A DNA stretch of 59,236 bases, the filler included, from Platydemus manokwari (taxonomy: Eukaryota), in the NCBI GenBank assembly GCA_037951405.1. It is 5 parts of 5 records of this genome, joined end to end, with 100 filler letters (N's around TTAATTAATTAA, not from the genome) between each part and the next. Parts side by side here need not be neighbours in the genome. Positions count along the whole stretch, not along the records: positions 1 to 19,345 come from JBBMOY010011126.1; 4 more parts are not named here. One strand, written 5' to 3'. The translations under genes were made by a program, and so were the position numbers. Below the pieces are notes generated by a model. It searched no databases. It saw only the letters and a program-made list of their open reading frames with translations, and had not been told where the DNA came from. Below, in pieces: positions 1-14,442 of this stretch. Numbering within the stretch: the stretch's first letter is position 1; each line of letters begins with the position of its first letter.

Positions 1-360
1 AGTATGAAAATAAAGAAAAATAATATTGAGGTCGATCATATTATTATTTTAGAAAATAAGTTTTTTTCCAAATTTATTTAAATCTATGAGATTAACATTA
101 GGAACTTTAGAAATTGATAAAGTTGAAAATGTTTTTGTTAAATTTTTTATTATTGGATAAATAAAAAAATTGGAGATTAATTAGTTGAACTCACGATAAA
201 ACCATAAAGACTATAAAGGTTTTAAAAGAAGGAAAGCTTTTTACAAGCAGAAAATTTGTTTTTCTAGAAATATTTCCATTAAAACAAATATTTGGATTTC
301 TGGAAAGATATAATCAAAATCTATATTCAACGATGACAAAATTAACTTTAATTCGGAATA
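1..360 (+). repeat. Dispersed degraded coding repeat, copy 1 (homologous to 12420-12800 minus); family unknown
   Basis: Colinear nucleotide blocks shared with the reverse complement of 12420-12800, e.g. tattgaggtcgatcata / tgttgaggttgatcaca, ctatgagatta(a/g)cattagg, gttttaaaagaaggaaa, aaaattaacttt. Confidence 0.7.
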
Positions 361-1879
361 TAAATAACAAAAAATATTTTAAAGTACAATTATCTGAACT
401 AAACTTAAATCACCAATATGAACTTAAGTTATTAGAAAGATTATCAACCAATAAACTAACTGCTGTAAATTATTTAAATTAATTGGCGAATATCATTGAT
501 ATTCATGAAGGATCAACTTATTATTAAAAAATAGACAAAGATTTATATTAATTAGATTTGAAGAGCCTGATATTAATTTTAAAACAATTTCAAAAATTTG
601 TTTACATTATTATAGAAGATATAGAAGCCAGTCAGATTCCACCTTTGTCATCAGCCATTATATGTCCAGTGTTGAGTGCGGAATCATGATACGCATCAAT
701 CGACAGGATTTAATCCTATCAGTCTCAATTATTATTTTATGCCTCAAATTATCGATCAACAACGTAACACCTACACTAAAACGTTTATTAAATATATAAC
801 AGCAAAATACAGTTTGCAATACAATATTTACCAAATAAAAATGTTGGTTCAATTCCAGATGATAGCAGTTTATACCTCCTTCTCTTGGATTAAAACCAAT
901 TACCAAAGATGTTTGTGAGCACAGCTCTATAATCGGACGATAAATGATACATACGATAAATATAAATCAGTTGTTTACAAATGATCTAACTTACTACTTG
1001 GTAATGGCAAATGGTATTGATATGTTCTGTTGACGAGCAAATCGAATAATAAATTATGGACTTCACGCACTCTTAAATGGGCTTACGCACTATAAACTAG
1101 TGGTCTCAACTGAATAATGGCCTTATTGTTTGAATTTTAACTATAGAATTTTATTGTTAAAAATATCGGAAATTGTTATTAAGAATATTTTAATATTTTC
1201 CTTATTTTCTTTTAAAACTATTTTATTACCATTTCCCTTTTAATGCCAGTACCAAGTGATTTGAATTAAATATAAATTGTTGATATTATATTATTATAAT
1301 TATTAATATATCCACTTTAATCCACCGCCTATCTCATGAATTATTTACCTCAACATAAAAATTGGTACATTTAAAAATGTATCAAAATATAAAACACATC
1401 GCCTCGAAATTCGGTCGATGTTTCTAAAAATACATTGTTACTTTCAATGTAACAAACTTTATCCCTCAATCATGAACCAAAAAAAGGTTACATTATTTGA
1501 CTACATTATCAATTAAAACTTGCTTAATTACTGCTATTATCAATATTGGAAACTACACTATGCATTCATAAACATTAAAACTACATTTATAAAAACTTTG
1601 CTTGGTTTATAAATTACTACTTTACAATTTACGCTATACATTCATGAATTACTACAAATAAAACATTATAAATTACTAGTGATAAAAGTATTATTAATGC
1701 AAACACAAAATATTGTTAAAATGTTTATTGTTATTTTCAGCTTGTTTGGCCCGATCCCTAACAAATAATATAAACTGGTAATTAGGCACATATAAATTAA
1801 ATTAAAATGTTTTGTTTTGCTTTTGCTTTTTCACATTATAGGAACTTCAATACTGTTGAAAGTTAAGTCTTTTATAATG

Positions 1880-1953
1880 TATAGCAAGGAGTCTACCCAA
1901 AACCGAAAAATGTGGCAAGGGGTCTACGAGAGAAAAAAGTTTGAGAACCTCTG
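1880..1953. mobile_element. hAT (Buster/Charlie-like) DNA transposon right end
   Basis: ggggtctacgagagaaaaaagtttgagaacctctg; reverse complement CAGAGGTTCTCAAAC is a typical hAT TIR. A possible degenerate left end (tagtggtctcaac) lies at ~1098, but the TSD does not match. Confidence 0.6.
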
Positions 1954-4329
1954 CTCCAATAGATGATAATAAGAACCCAATATTTAATGTATTAATAATA
2001 GCTGATAAAGCAACATTTAAATGCAAACTTATGAAAAAAATAATTTATTACTTTAGGATTGGTTTTAGGATTCCAAAAATTATAAAGAATATTGTTTTGA
2101 AACTTATTTAGTTGAAAATAAAATAAATATTTCCGATATTACAGCAATAAGCTTTCTCAAGAACAACAAAAATATTAAACAAATTACGTTTAAAATTACT
2201 GACAAAAATGAAAATTTATTAGATTTTAATGGTGAAGAAATATAAATGAGACCTCATTTAAAACAAGTTTGACGCCTTACGCCTTCATCTTAAACAAGTG
2301 TTACTGAGGTCGCCAAGGGCATATTTTAATTTTTAGAAAATAGTTTTAGATTTAATAAGTGTTGTAGCAAAATATGGAACTAATAAGAGATGAGTCGAAA
2401 TAAATGAGTTAAATAAAGCTAATAATAAAAATTGACATTCTCCATATTATTAAGAAATTACAATAAATAAAGGTTCTCAATGAGTTTTAATAAATAAAGC
2501 TCATCGATTTGATCCTGACTGCCCTTTGGACACATATTTTGATCCTTATGGAATTTTATCAACAAAGATGCTTATGATTTCTTCGGAGAATAAAAATTTA
2601 TTATCAGTAGCAGCTGCGGTATAATAAAATAAAATAATAGTTAAAATACAATCTGATGAAGAATTGTGTGAACAATTATTAATATATGTTTTGTACTGTT
2701 TAGGAGAATTTTAAAATATAGTAATGTCAGTACAAGTTTCGAATAATCGTTAATAAATCTCATGTTTTGGTGAAAATTATATTTATATAATGTTTAAATA
2801 GCGGATTCAAGTTGTTGTGGGTGAAGTGAAATGGTTTTGAAATTAAAGTGTACTATTTGAAAACTCTTAAGTAAATATATAATTTGATTATGATGAGCTA
2901 CATATCATTGATGCTTATCCAGCATAATTTTTCTGAGAACACATCTCAGTTTCAAATCAAACCAAAACCATGCGTTTATATTTGATTGTATCGGGAATTT
3001 CAATCAAGTCTTTACAAGGGGTTTCTATGACGATGGAGCTGTAAACTTTTCATGGAATTTTTAGATAGTTTTCAAAATCGTTCTGACATCAAATACCACA
3101 AGACCTTTAAAACAAAATATCGATTTTAATTATAACATAATTCTCATATCTCCCAGACAGAATTTACAAACGAAATTTTCCAACTACAGACAGTTCATTT
3201 TTTATGTGATTTATCACTTATTACAGCTTCATTGTTAAAAGTAAAGGAAATTCCTGAATTTGGATGAAAGAATTTTATTTGTTGAAAAATATTTAACATA
3301 AAATAGATCAAGACAGGAGTTAGAAAAAAATTTTATCATTCAATACAAAAAATTATTTATCACGTTTTTACCAATTATCGAGTGATCCTTGGATTTACCA
3401 TTGGAATTGCAGCTTGTGTTATGTGAAGTCTTGGGGAATGTATCAACCGCATGAATTGATAACAGTTACTACTCCCAACAAACCACCTCTTTATATCTTT
3501 CACGAAGTTATTCATTCATAACAAGTGCTTATTGCCCGTTATTCGTAAATTTAACTCTATTAAATGTTTTGTTTTAGTTTTCTATATTCGAATTTTTTGA
3601 GATCATCATGAACTAGTTTCTTTCAAAAATTCTATTGTTTTTCACACAAAGATTCGCATTGGAATTATTTACATAAATAAGCCACATTTCATCGTCAATT
3701 GATTTGATTATCTAACATGCTATTGGTGAAAAAGCTGATATTCCATAATAATAGTTTTTAGTTTAAAATAATAATTTCAAACATGAATAAAATTCTTCCA
3801 ACGATTGGTCCATTGAATGACCGAAAAGTGTGATAGTACTGTTTTCTCGACTATTGAATTGTACTTTTCGGTATATATTCCTCTGAATGACTGATGTGTT
3901 TATACCTCTAAATGGACGTCAACCCAGTGAGCATTTAAAATTTATTTTTTATTTTGGATTGTAATGGTAAAGAATTAAATTATTTCTTCATCTCACGAGT
4001 TTTTTTGGCATTGAATTTTAATATAAATTTTTGCAAAATTTTATAAAATTATTTTTAGCTCTTCAACAAATTCCCCATTAGATATTTGTCGTCTCCTCAG
4101 TATCCTTGCTAATTTCCGTAATAATTCATTACACCATTATTTATTCATAAACATTGATAATCGAGATACTCATACATTAAAATATAAGATATAGATGGTT
4201 CGTTCCTTGGATCGTTCCATTGTTCACAGTTCGTTACTTCTATCATACAATCAATTCTCTCTCCGCCTTCTAGTCACTGTTGTCTGGGATATCTTCTTCC
4301 CATATTTTAACACTGCCTTTGTTGCTATT

Positions 4330-7100
4330 CTCTTTCTTTCATTGCAAATAGATTAGAGGGGTTGACTGAAAGGTGAACAGGAATTCTATTCTTAACTTTT
4401 CGGTGAATGGAATGTAGGATGATATGGGCAGCTATTTGGTCAAAAGTTGGCCGATAGTTTTTTTTCAGTTAGAACAAATATTATTGTCTCAGTTTGAAGT
4501 TTGAAGTTGCTTGGGCGGCAAAATGTAAGATCGAAGGCTTAATTGATTTTCTGTCGATAAACGAGTTGGATGAATTGTGGTGATTGCTTGACGAACGCTT
4601 TCAAGAATTTGAATGAGGTGTGGGGAGTCGAGATCAATTAGTTTCATAGGGTGAATGGTAGTTATAGATGAGATTGAGTTGCTGGAATTAGTTTTAATAA
4701 ATAGGGGGGATGTTTAATATAACTCTGTTGATCTCATTCTGTAGGTCTGGATCTATTGCGGTATGGGAGGTAGATGACTAAACAATTTAATCCCGTATGT
4801 GTTGAATGTTAAGTGTAGAGAAAAGGTGAGTCTTAATAACTAGCAGGCTTTGAAATAGGGAGTTTTTTGGTATAAACTTAGATAAAAAGTAGAGGGATCG
4901 ATAAAAAACGATTTAGATTTATTAATTCCAGTGGCTATCATTCCAGGGAATCAGATAAAATTATATTTACCTGTTATATTTGTTAATTCTGGACAAAGGA
5001 TAAGAATATGTTTCGGACCGAATTTGAATTTTGCGAATCGGTCATCAAGCAAGAACCACCATAGAGCTTGGTAAGGTGTTGGTTCATGATAGTGGAGCAA
5101 GGAGTTGGTGAATGTTAAAGAGAATCATGAAAGGCATTCGATGACGGAATCTAAGTCAAAGCCGGACAGTGCGTGTCCATATGATAGGAAGATAGATGAT
5201 TGTGTAAGGAGGATTTCGTCTGGATCAACACTTGGCATGATAGACAATATCATGATCAAAGGTGATGGAGGGATTTGGTAAGGCATGGGATTTTATTCGT
5301 GATAATGGAGAGTTGAACAGGTAAGTAAGAGTTTATTTGTGGGGGGATTGTTAGGTTATGATTAAAATTATTATGATTGATAGATGATAATGAATGGTTA
5401 GGGCACGGTGATGGTTTTGTGTGATTAAGTAATTTGGAGGTGCTAACATAGTGCATTAGTGATGTAATATTATTATTATAGAATAACGATGTTGGAGCTA
5501 TTTTTATGGGTTTTATATTAAAAATACTGCTGGTAGGATGCTTTGTATTGGTGTATTTCTCTTGGTATTGGGTATTTTTCTTCAAAATCTGATTAGCCTA
5601 CATAGCTTAATGTGAAATCAGTGGGTCAAAGGTCAGTATTATTGATTTGGTTGTTATTAATCATGGATATGGGGTCAAAATGTTGTAAGAAATGAGGACG
5701 TTATTAGGTAATATAGATACATCTTGTGATTGTTGGTTATGTGGATGATTGTCTTTGGGGGCACTTCATGTTATGTCAATCGAAAAAGGATTTTTAAATT
5801 GTTTCCAGTGAGTTTAGACAGCTTTTATGATGTCATTCGTTTTTACGAAGCATGTGGTGCAACAGCACATTGATACTGAAGTGATATGTTGATGGACCTT
5901 GTCTCGTTAAGGGTTAGATGAAACGTATAATAGATGAGTCACGGAGTAGATTGTATGGATGCTGTCTTTGTTAATTTTTGAGGGAATCATATATTAACTT
6001 GCAAAAATTTACAAAGCAATTAGAGCATTTGCACTCAATATGTTGTAGAGTTTCAAATGCAATCGATAATTTGGAATTGTTGAAATAACCAAGAAACGCT
6101 GTACAAGTTTCTCGCGAGAATGGACAAAGGTTCGTTTCTTGGAGAGCAGGTAGTATGGAAAACATTTTAGGGAAATCTTAGGATTCTTTGTAGAGAAAAC
6201 ATTGTTTTTAGTTCAAATATTGGGCTCACTGTGAATTAGATCGTCGAAAAGAAGCTATCGAGAGATTTAAAATATTATTTACAGGTTATACAAATGTAAG
6301 CTAAGAAATTTATATAATTTATGAGAAGGAAGATTAAACCTAGATTACAACCCCATTTGGGATGTTTAATTTTGGCAATTTTGAGGTAATTTGAAAGTAT
6401 TTGATGTTAGGCTTGGTATTTAGAAGTAGAGGTGAGACGATACTGTTACGCCGGTTTAGTTTTAGTAGATTATGATAAACAGGTTGATGACAAATTTAGT
6501 GGGCCAGATTGGTGTAGATTAGGGCTAGAATTTGGATTGGTACGACCACTATAACGTGGCCTATAAGGTCTGGCCCGTTGGTTTGAAGTATCAAAACTGT
6601 TAATATTAGTGACATGGTAGTTTATTGCTTGATGATAATAAGTATAAGATTAATTATGTACTGAAGCATGTCGACCACTAAGCTGGTTGCTTCAAGGTGG
6701 AGTAGATGAGGTCTCTCTGGTAACAACAAGTATAGAATCTGAAAAAGCATTATTAGTGTCGTCATTATTGTAATATTTTGGCTTATGGTATTGTCGATCA
6801 ACATTTGCTGAATGTTTTACGTCATTTAGAACATTAAGGGAAGACCACCGCTTCTGGAAGTAGATGTTTGCTGGTGAATCTTTAGTTTACTCAGGGGTGG
6901 AAGATATCGAGTGGAATTATAAGGTCTTCCGTGATAACATGTTCGCCAATCTGTGATATATTAAAACGAATTCGAAGGGGGTATATCATTAGATTGAAAT
7001 CATATATTCTCGTTCACTATGTATTGGTTGATAGGCACCATTATGGTTTTTATATCTAGAGAAATTGTGCTGGTGTTGAGATAATAACATTTTATTTCTC
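4330..7100 (-). pseudogene. Long decayed ORF relic of unknown (TE/virus-like) origin
   Basis: Higher GC with a C-rich minus strand. Long protein-like stretches are broken by stops and frameshifts and include ORF-track pieces 5256-5585 and 5971-6165, a basic RARPYRPRYSGR segment and two CxCxxCFV motifs. Confidence 0.4.
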
Positions 7101-10100
7101 AGCTTAATATTTTTTGACTAAATTTCTCTAGTGGTTAATCTCCGGATGGTGACGTAGAGTGCCAATGACAACATTTCAGGGATAAAAGGGATAATGGTTT
7201 TGATAATAGATACATATGTTTGTTAAGGAGATATAGCCTGTTGCTGAGACACCTCAAATTTCAGTACCCAGAGTTATAACAGTTAGTTTAATAATAATTC
7301 AATTTCCCAAGAAGAAATTCAATATATCTTCCAGTGGAAAAACCAGTTATTGTTGGACCCGTAATGGAGGAAGATTGATAATTTGAACAAGTTAATTCAC
7401 TTTCCGAGTTCTGTTTGGCTCACTTTGTCCTCCAGTCTGGAGTGATAACTCCAAATAACACTTTTTTCGTCTACGTCAGTGTCGTAATTCTTTCTTGCAC
7501 TTACGCGGCCTAGTTAAACAAAAAGAATTCACAAAATGATAAAATGAAAACTTCGGGAGATAAATCTTCAAATAACAAGTCAAAAAACAAAGATTCCTGA
7601 ATGTGTACGATTTTAAAAACAGTTTATGTACCCATATAAATCTTGTTGGAGAAAACGTGAAGCCGTTTTCGAAATCAGAAAGGAGTATATTAGTAACCGA
7701 AAAGTCATGATAGTAGTACTCGTAGTATCCTGATCTTCACAATCGATTACAAAACATTTCACAAATTCAGCTCCACATCGCGTACCGAAGGTGAACAATA
7801 TTTTTAAAATTATATCGATTACGACATTGAAATAAGCGGTCATCATAATTTCTATTAATTGGTGAAGGCAGGCAGAAATAGTTCATTTAAACAAGCATTG
7901 AATTACTTAATAAAAATTTCTGCAGCTGCATTTACTCATCCTAGTAATTTCCTAGTAACTATAATTTTTTAAATGTGTTTTTATACTTCTTTTTTCTTGA
8001 ATTTCTGTCTTCAGGCTCCGCTCTACCATTGGTTTAAAATATAAGTCAAGAAAATAATCAAATTAATTTTAAAAGATTGAGCTTAGTCAGTCAAAAGCAA
8101 TTCCGAATATGAGTTCTGTTGATGAATTCTAATATTACGCAGATTTACATAGACATCGAATAGCAAATATTGGCCGTTATTACCGGTCCGATTTACCGTT
8201 AATTTAACTGATTACTTTTATTGTTTGAGTCCCGGATTATTTTCCCCAACAATACATCTTATTTTTATTCATTTACATTTATTTAAGGACCGCTTTTTGA
8301 GTGACTCATTCAACCTGATCATTGGATTCATTCCACATTCCCATTGGTTGTGCTTTATTTATTATTTATACCCTTTAAAATCCCCACTTAATTGTTGAGC
8401 CATTACCTTATTTTATAATTTGGATCGTGAATTCATATATCATCCTTCGTTTGCTGATGGAATTGATTGTTCAGTAACTTTACTTCAACATGTTGAGTGG
8501 GGAGGTGACAATAACAATAATAATAATAAACTTCCAATGTGGAATCTCCTAAAATCCATTACAAGTCTTAAGAAGAAATCGACAGTTATGGTTAGCAGAT
8601 TCTCGCACTATAAACTTCCAATTGAAACAAGGAATGGCCGGGTATAAAATCCCAAATTCAAATATAATTTAGTCTTGGATAAGAGTTCCTGAGAAAATTT
8701 ATTCCATCTTTGATATTTTTTATATTCATTTTACTTGCAGATAGATTTGAATGCTCTTGAATGATTATTTCAGAAATCTCAACAATTGATGCGGACGAAG
8801 CTATTACTTTTGTGGAAATAATCCCATTACCAGTGTCTATTGTTTTACAAAATGGAAACTATGAAGTTAGTTGTCATACATAATGACATGAGCGTCTTAT
8901 ATAACAAAATAGATTTACAAATCTATAACCAAATATATCACCAGTGTGCTTTCCAAAGCAATTAATGACCAAATTGAATAGGCTATACTTACAAATTAAA
9001 ACAAAACTGATCGATTAGATAGTTAGTATTTATTTTCTCTTATCATACACATCGCAACTGAAAGTGTGAAAGATATTCAAGTTAGAAAAAACGCACATTG
9101 CCCTTATAAAAAACTCCTCTTAACCACCACATTTTTCCAATTTCCCCAAAGTGACGGTTTGGAGGAGGACTACTGTACAAGTCAAGTGAATTTAAAGCAC
9201 ACGAATAAAAACATACTGAGTTCGCCAGGACAATGAATCGAAAAGGTTTGAGCCTGAGTTAATGTATGATAATTCAATGCGAGTATGCCAGGTACAAAAT
9301 ATTTCCATCTCACAAATTTCCAGTACATCACCTGCACAAACTGGCGATAGTCAGTATAATTTTACATCCGGTTTATGTTTTGTCTGGTATGTATTTACTT
9401 CCTGACCCATTTCTTTGTGTGTCAGTATAATACACACATGATAATTGAGGTCAGTTTATAAGCAAATGATGACCACTCGTAAGTCATTTAATTACCAAGA
9501 AGATTTAGAAAATAGTTTTGTATAATTTTTTAATTTAATTTTTACTTATAAATATGTTGAAGTGGTTTTTATTTATCGTCACAGTTTTGGCAAATGTTAC
9601 TTCCAAGTCATAGGGTCCAGCACAAATCATTAAAAAATAAAAAAATCAATTCAACTTATTTCAGGGAATTCAGGCTCAAATTTTTACTATGAATGGAGAT
9701 ATTGTAATGAATCAGATTATCGAAAAATTTTTCTCGTCTGTTATCATAGCTAGCAATCAGATTTTTCATGGAAAATTATAAATTTATTGTTCTGAACTGT
9801 TCCATGTCGAATGATCATAGTGCATAGGTATTTTATGATACTCAAAAAACACGAGGATTGGAGTCGCAAAATTTGGTTTACAAAGTACGCTATAAAATAA
9901 CAATTTGTTGCAACCTTTGATCGAAACTTCAATTACTTCTCGTCACATGATATGCCAGTATTAAAGTATATTTTGTCATGATTATTTCTCCAGAGAAATT
10001 TCCATATTTTTTAATCGAAAAATCCATGATGTGAAACCAAGTTTTCATACCGAAAATAATAATATTCATACCGGAATTAACTCTAGTATGTATCAATAAT

Positions 10101-12419
10101 ATCTGTCAAAGCCTAAAATATTTTCGAAAGGTTTCAAGGAGAACGTTTGAAGTGATATATTATAGATGTATTTGGAAACATTTTTTTTAAAGTATTCTCT
10201 TAATTAAGAATTAATTCTTTTCAATTATTGGATAAGTCTTTGAAAACTCGTCATCCAAACCTTTCTCCGACACGCAACGTTGCATATACTCTATTATAGT
10301 AATTTATATACATGTTATTCATACATTCTGGTATGCATTTAATGCGTATTTTCTTTATCAGACTAGCATTATAAAGAAATACACACTCGCACGTTCACTC
10401 ATGCCTATTATACATATGTATGTCCAGAATTAGAACAGTAACCTTTCTGTCTAGACTAGCAATACATAAAGTCTGTATTTACTTAACATTATGAATTCAA
10501 ACTTCCTCATTAATCATCACCTCACTTCATCATTATCATTATACACACAATTGTGTTTTATTATGATTTATTTAGTAGAATATAGACTCCGAGACAGACC
10601 GCTTTATATTCAGTGCGATTGATTCCCACTGTTGGCAATCTACCTTTGAATCCAGCTTCAAGTACTTGGAAAGAGGACAAACTTGTTTTGAGTCAGTAAG
10701 CTTTTAGAAAAAGTTATTCATGTACATCCATAATTATGCTCACATACTCTGACTTTACGGAGAATAAATCAATTAGATGTGAATTGATCTTGTTGAATTT
10801 ATTTAGTGAGTTTTTTGCAATTATAGATTATCATTTTTTTATTTTTTTAAAGAATTTAATAATCATTATTGAGTTGAATGAAATCGTTTAATGGTTTCGT
10901 TAAAAATAGAACAAGTCGAATGATTGTGAAACAAAGTTCAAATGAAAACCAAAGCGACGAGAAATGAAAATCGAAAAAGTTGAAACAAAATTTATCTTTG
11001 TTCATGGATAATCTGCTTCCATTTCTTTCTTATTTTTTGATGATGATTCGACATTTTATTATTTCCCCAAAACCAATTTTTTCCGAAGATTATTTTTCAA
11101 TGATGAAATGATCAACTTTTCCTACCGAACTTCGTTACAAGCAAGCCGATCAAATAAAAATACGATCACGAAATAGATGAAATAATTGTGATTATTAGTT
11201 CTATGATATTTCAGTATAATGTTGGCTTTCTTGTCATTCAATCACTGTTGTCAGCTCCCAAATTCCTAATTATGCTTAAGTTTTCAGTACCATTATTTCA
11301 AAATCATTTTGTATATGCTAATTTCACGGGCTTCGAAGCTTGTTTGGATCTTTAGTTTATAATAAGGACTGAGTTGACGAATAAAAAATAAATATCACCA
11401 GTCCATAACATTGAAAAAATCATAATAAATCGAGAGATTAAGATTTTGTCTGGAAAATAAGCATAACACGGTTTAAATCAGAAATGTCGAAATTGCAAAA
11501 TATAGCTATCGAAAAACACTTAAATACCAGTAGACATTGTCAATATGAATCATGGTTTGTCATGAGAAATTCAAACAACCAGAGAATAGCCATGAGTAAT
11601 AAATTAGTTTTCAGACGGAATCACATAGAATTATTTTCGTTTATATGATTTTTTTCTTAGATTATTAGACAAAACTGCAGAGGTTTGCGCCTTGAAAATT
11701 GATTTTGAGTGATAATATAGGTCAGTTCTTGGAGTCAGTTTATTTATACACTCAGTTTATTTTTATATTTAATTATATTATTTTGTAATAAGTGAGCAAA
11801 TAAAAATATTTTTAAGCGGTAAACATTTTATTTATTTTCTAACAGAAGAAATTGCATTCATTATTTTATCAAAAATAATTTTCACTAAAAGCACAACTCC
11901 GTAGAATTTCATTGTATATATTGTTGGGTAGGTCGCAAAATCAAACAAAATATTCAAGGAAACCATGAAAATAATACACATAGGGTTGATACGCGCACAT
12001 TTGATGTGTGCATGTACCAACGACCAATCAGATTCATCCCATATATCAATTTATATTTAGAATTCAATAATTGACCGACACACACTGAAAAATGGCAATA
12101 GGCATCGAAAGTTGCCAATGGCACGAGAGATTTAAGAGAACTTTATTAACAGATTGATATGTAGACGACTCTATCGAATGAAAAGCGAAGCTCTACGATA
12201 TCAATTGAACACACACGGGATGCCTATAAAGAAGTTAGATTTCACACTGCGACTGCCGGTCTTTTTGGTATATAAATTCTTTATTCCTCTGGCATAGTTT
12301 TCCTGACAGCCAGTTTTCTTAGTTATAATCGGCTTTCGGATGCTGATCCCATCTTGAGTGATTACTCATTATTTGTGATTTTTAATTATGTTTGGTGACG
12401 AGGTGTGTTTATTTTTATC

Positions 12420-12800
12420 TCTTTCTGATCAAAGTTAATTTTATCGTCATTAAGTCCAAAGAATGATGATAGCTTTCTAAAAATCAAAAAAATTGTTTTA
12501 ATGAATACATTCCGGTAATTTTATTTTTCAGACTGTAAAAAGGTTTCCTTCTTTTAAAACTCTTATTATCTTTATTTTGATCTTCTTTTGTTTTATCAGG
12601 AACGCACCCAATCAATCCTCAATTTACTTCATCAGATTTAACTAATAATATAAAATTTAACGTGGAAGATATTTCTCCCACATTTTCAAATGTCACAAGA
12701 ACCTAATGCTAATCTCATAGAAATTTTAGAAAATTTTTTTTTCTAAAGTAATATTGTGATCAACCTCAACAATATTTTCTTTTGTTTTCATCCATTCAAT
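12420..12800 (-). repeat. Dispersed degraded coding repeat, copy 2 (homologous to 1-360)
   Basis: Same colinear blocks as 1-360; lies immediately beside the mariner TIR at 12811. Confidence 0.7.
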
Positions 12801-12810
12801 TTTAATCTTA

Positions 12811-13500
12811 TATTGGGTTGTGGCATCAGTCCCCGTCGTTTTTTAAACATTTTTTTTCAAAGAAATCAAAGAATTTCAACAGCAAAATAATAACACTTTA
12901 ATCAATTATGTACTCTCCTTCATTGATCACAACTTCTTCATTTCTTTCCACCAGTTTGTTGATTCCATTTCGCTAGAAATGCTTAGGTCGAGTCTCAAAG
13001 TGGTTGAACCAATTCTCAAGATGATCTTGATTTTCGAAGCTTAAACCTCTCATTTCATTTGAAAGGCACCGGATTAGATAGTAATCCATCGGGATGAAGT
13101 TTTGGGAACAGGGAAGAAGTTGAAGGATCTCCCAAAAGACCTCTTAGAGTCCCATTTTAACAGTTTTGTGGTCTGTGGTCGAGCATTGTCACGGAGGAGG
13201 ATCACCTGACCTTGTCAATCAGGTTTTTTTTTCCTGAATTTACTGATTAACTCGATTCAAGTGGGATTTATAGATATTCTTCTCTACTATCATGCTCTTT
13301 CCAAGCATTTCACGGTGTATAAGATCTTTCCATTGTTTTCATCGGATGCAGATCTTTCTTGATCCTGGCTTCTCTCCAGGACTCACTCACTCTTTATTTT
13401 ACCTCATATTCACATAGAGACATCATTTCTTGTCTTCAGTGACAATTATGTATAAGAAACGTTACCTGTGGCCTTTGGATTCTTTTGTGCCGAGGTAGAT
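12811..13500 (-). mobile_element. Mariner transposon relic: C-terminal transposase pseudogene plus 3' TIR
   Basis: Minus-strand translation FLYIIVTEDKK*CLYVNM..KDLHPMKTM, VILLRDNARP, WEIL..PCSQNFIPMDYYL, GINKLVERNEEVVINEGEYIID* (stop 12898-12900) matches mariner IVTGDEKW / HDNARPH / YSPDLAPSDY. TIR tattgggttg.. follows a TA at 12809-12810. Confidence 0.9.
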
Positions 13501-13539
13501 TTTGAACATCAATAGAAAGTCGCTTATCCTTAATATAAG

Positions 13540-13830
13540 AAAACAAATATCTATGGAATTAATAGTTTGTTGAGAATATATCTAAAAATAATATTCATAA
13601 TGACAAAAGATTTACTGAAGGTTATAATATTACCTTAGTTGTTATTGATTTTTATACGAAATATGATTGGTGTATTTCTTTAAAAGATAAAAAACAAGAA
13701 ACTTCAGCTAAAACACTTGAAAATCATATTCATAAAGATTAAAGAATTTCAAAATATATTTGCTTTGGTAAATAACCTGGAATAACAAATAAATTTTTTG
13801 ACAGATTTTGTGGTGATAATGAAAATCAGA
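13540..13830 (+). mobile_element. Polinton/Maverick-type retroviral-like integrase fragment (pseudogene)
   Basis: GYNITLVVIDFYTKYDWCISLKDKKQE resembles the Polinton integrase core GYKYLLTVIDVFSKYAWAVPLKDK. Confidence 0.7.
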
Positions 13831-14379
13831 AAGACTGCATTTACTGAAAGATAGAAAAAACATAGATCCTAAATTTGTCGATGTTGTGACGAAATGAAGA
13901 TTTGATCAAAATCAAATAAATCGTACAGGTGAAGATGCCACAAATTATAAGTTTCGGAATTCAGATAGGGACTTGGTTCAACAATTCAACCTTGTCCCTT
14001 CTGAATAAAATAATTTTGGTGCACGGGACTAACACAAAAAAATTATATTAAAAAAAATATATTATATTATAATATTTACAAATCCACTAGTAGACTAACA
14101 ATCAACAAATATTGAAAATTTTTATTAAAATAAAACCAACAATTTAAAATAATTTATTGAGATACAAAATTTGTAGATTCAGAACTATCTTGGCGTAGAA
14201 ATTTGATTGGAGGTCTAAATATCGTCGTAGAAATTGTGGAGGAATGTTTTGAAAATGTCAAATATAATAGCTAGCATCGAAAAAATGGTTTTTCATTGTT
14301 GATTTTTAGTTTTTAATCTAAAATTGAATTTTATGTAAAAATTTCAATAAAATATGACTACAAATAAATTTTAATATCG

Positions 14380-14442
14380 AATAACTCACGATAGGTCATT
14401 ACTTTAAAATTGGGTCAAAGGACCTTTTTCTTAACTTAAGCC
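14380..14442 (-). mobile_element. Terminus of the MITE family seen complete at 26225-26826
   Basis: Reverse complement ggcttaagttaagaaaaaggtcctttgaccc matches the left end at 26225. Confidence 0.65.

Noticed and set aside
8420-9400. Possible plus-strand host gene fragments
   Set aside because: Could not build a stop-free spliced model or recognise a family.
9640-9700. SIQLISGNSGS resembling the myosin P-loop region
   Set aside because: Lacks GKT, and there are no other myosin motifs or coherent exons.
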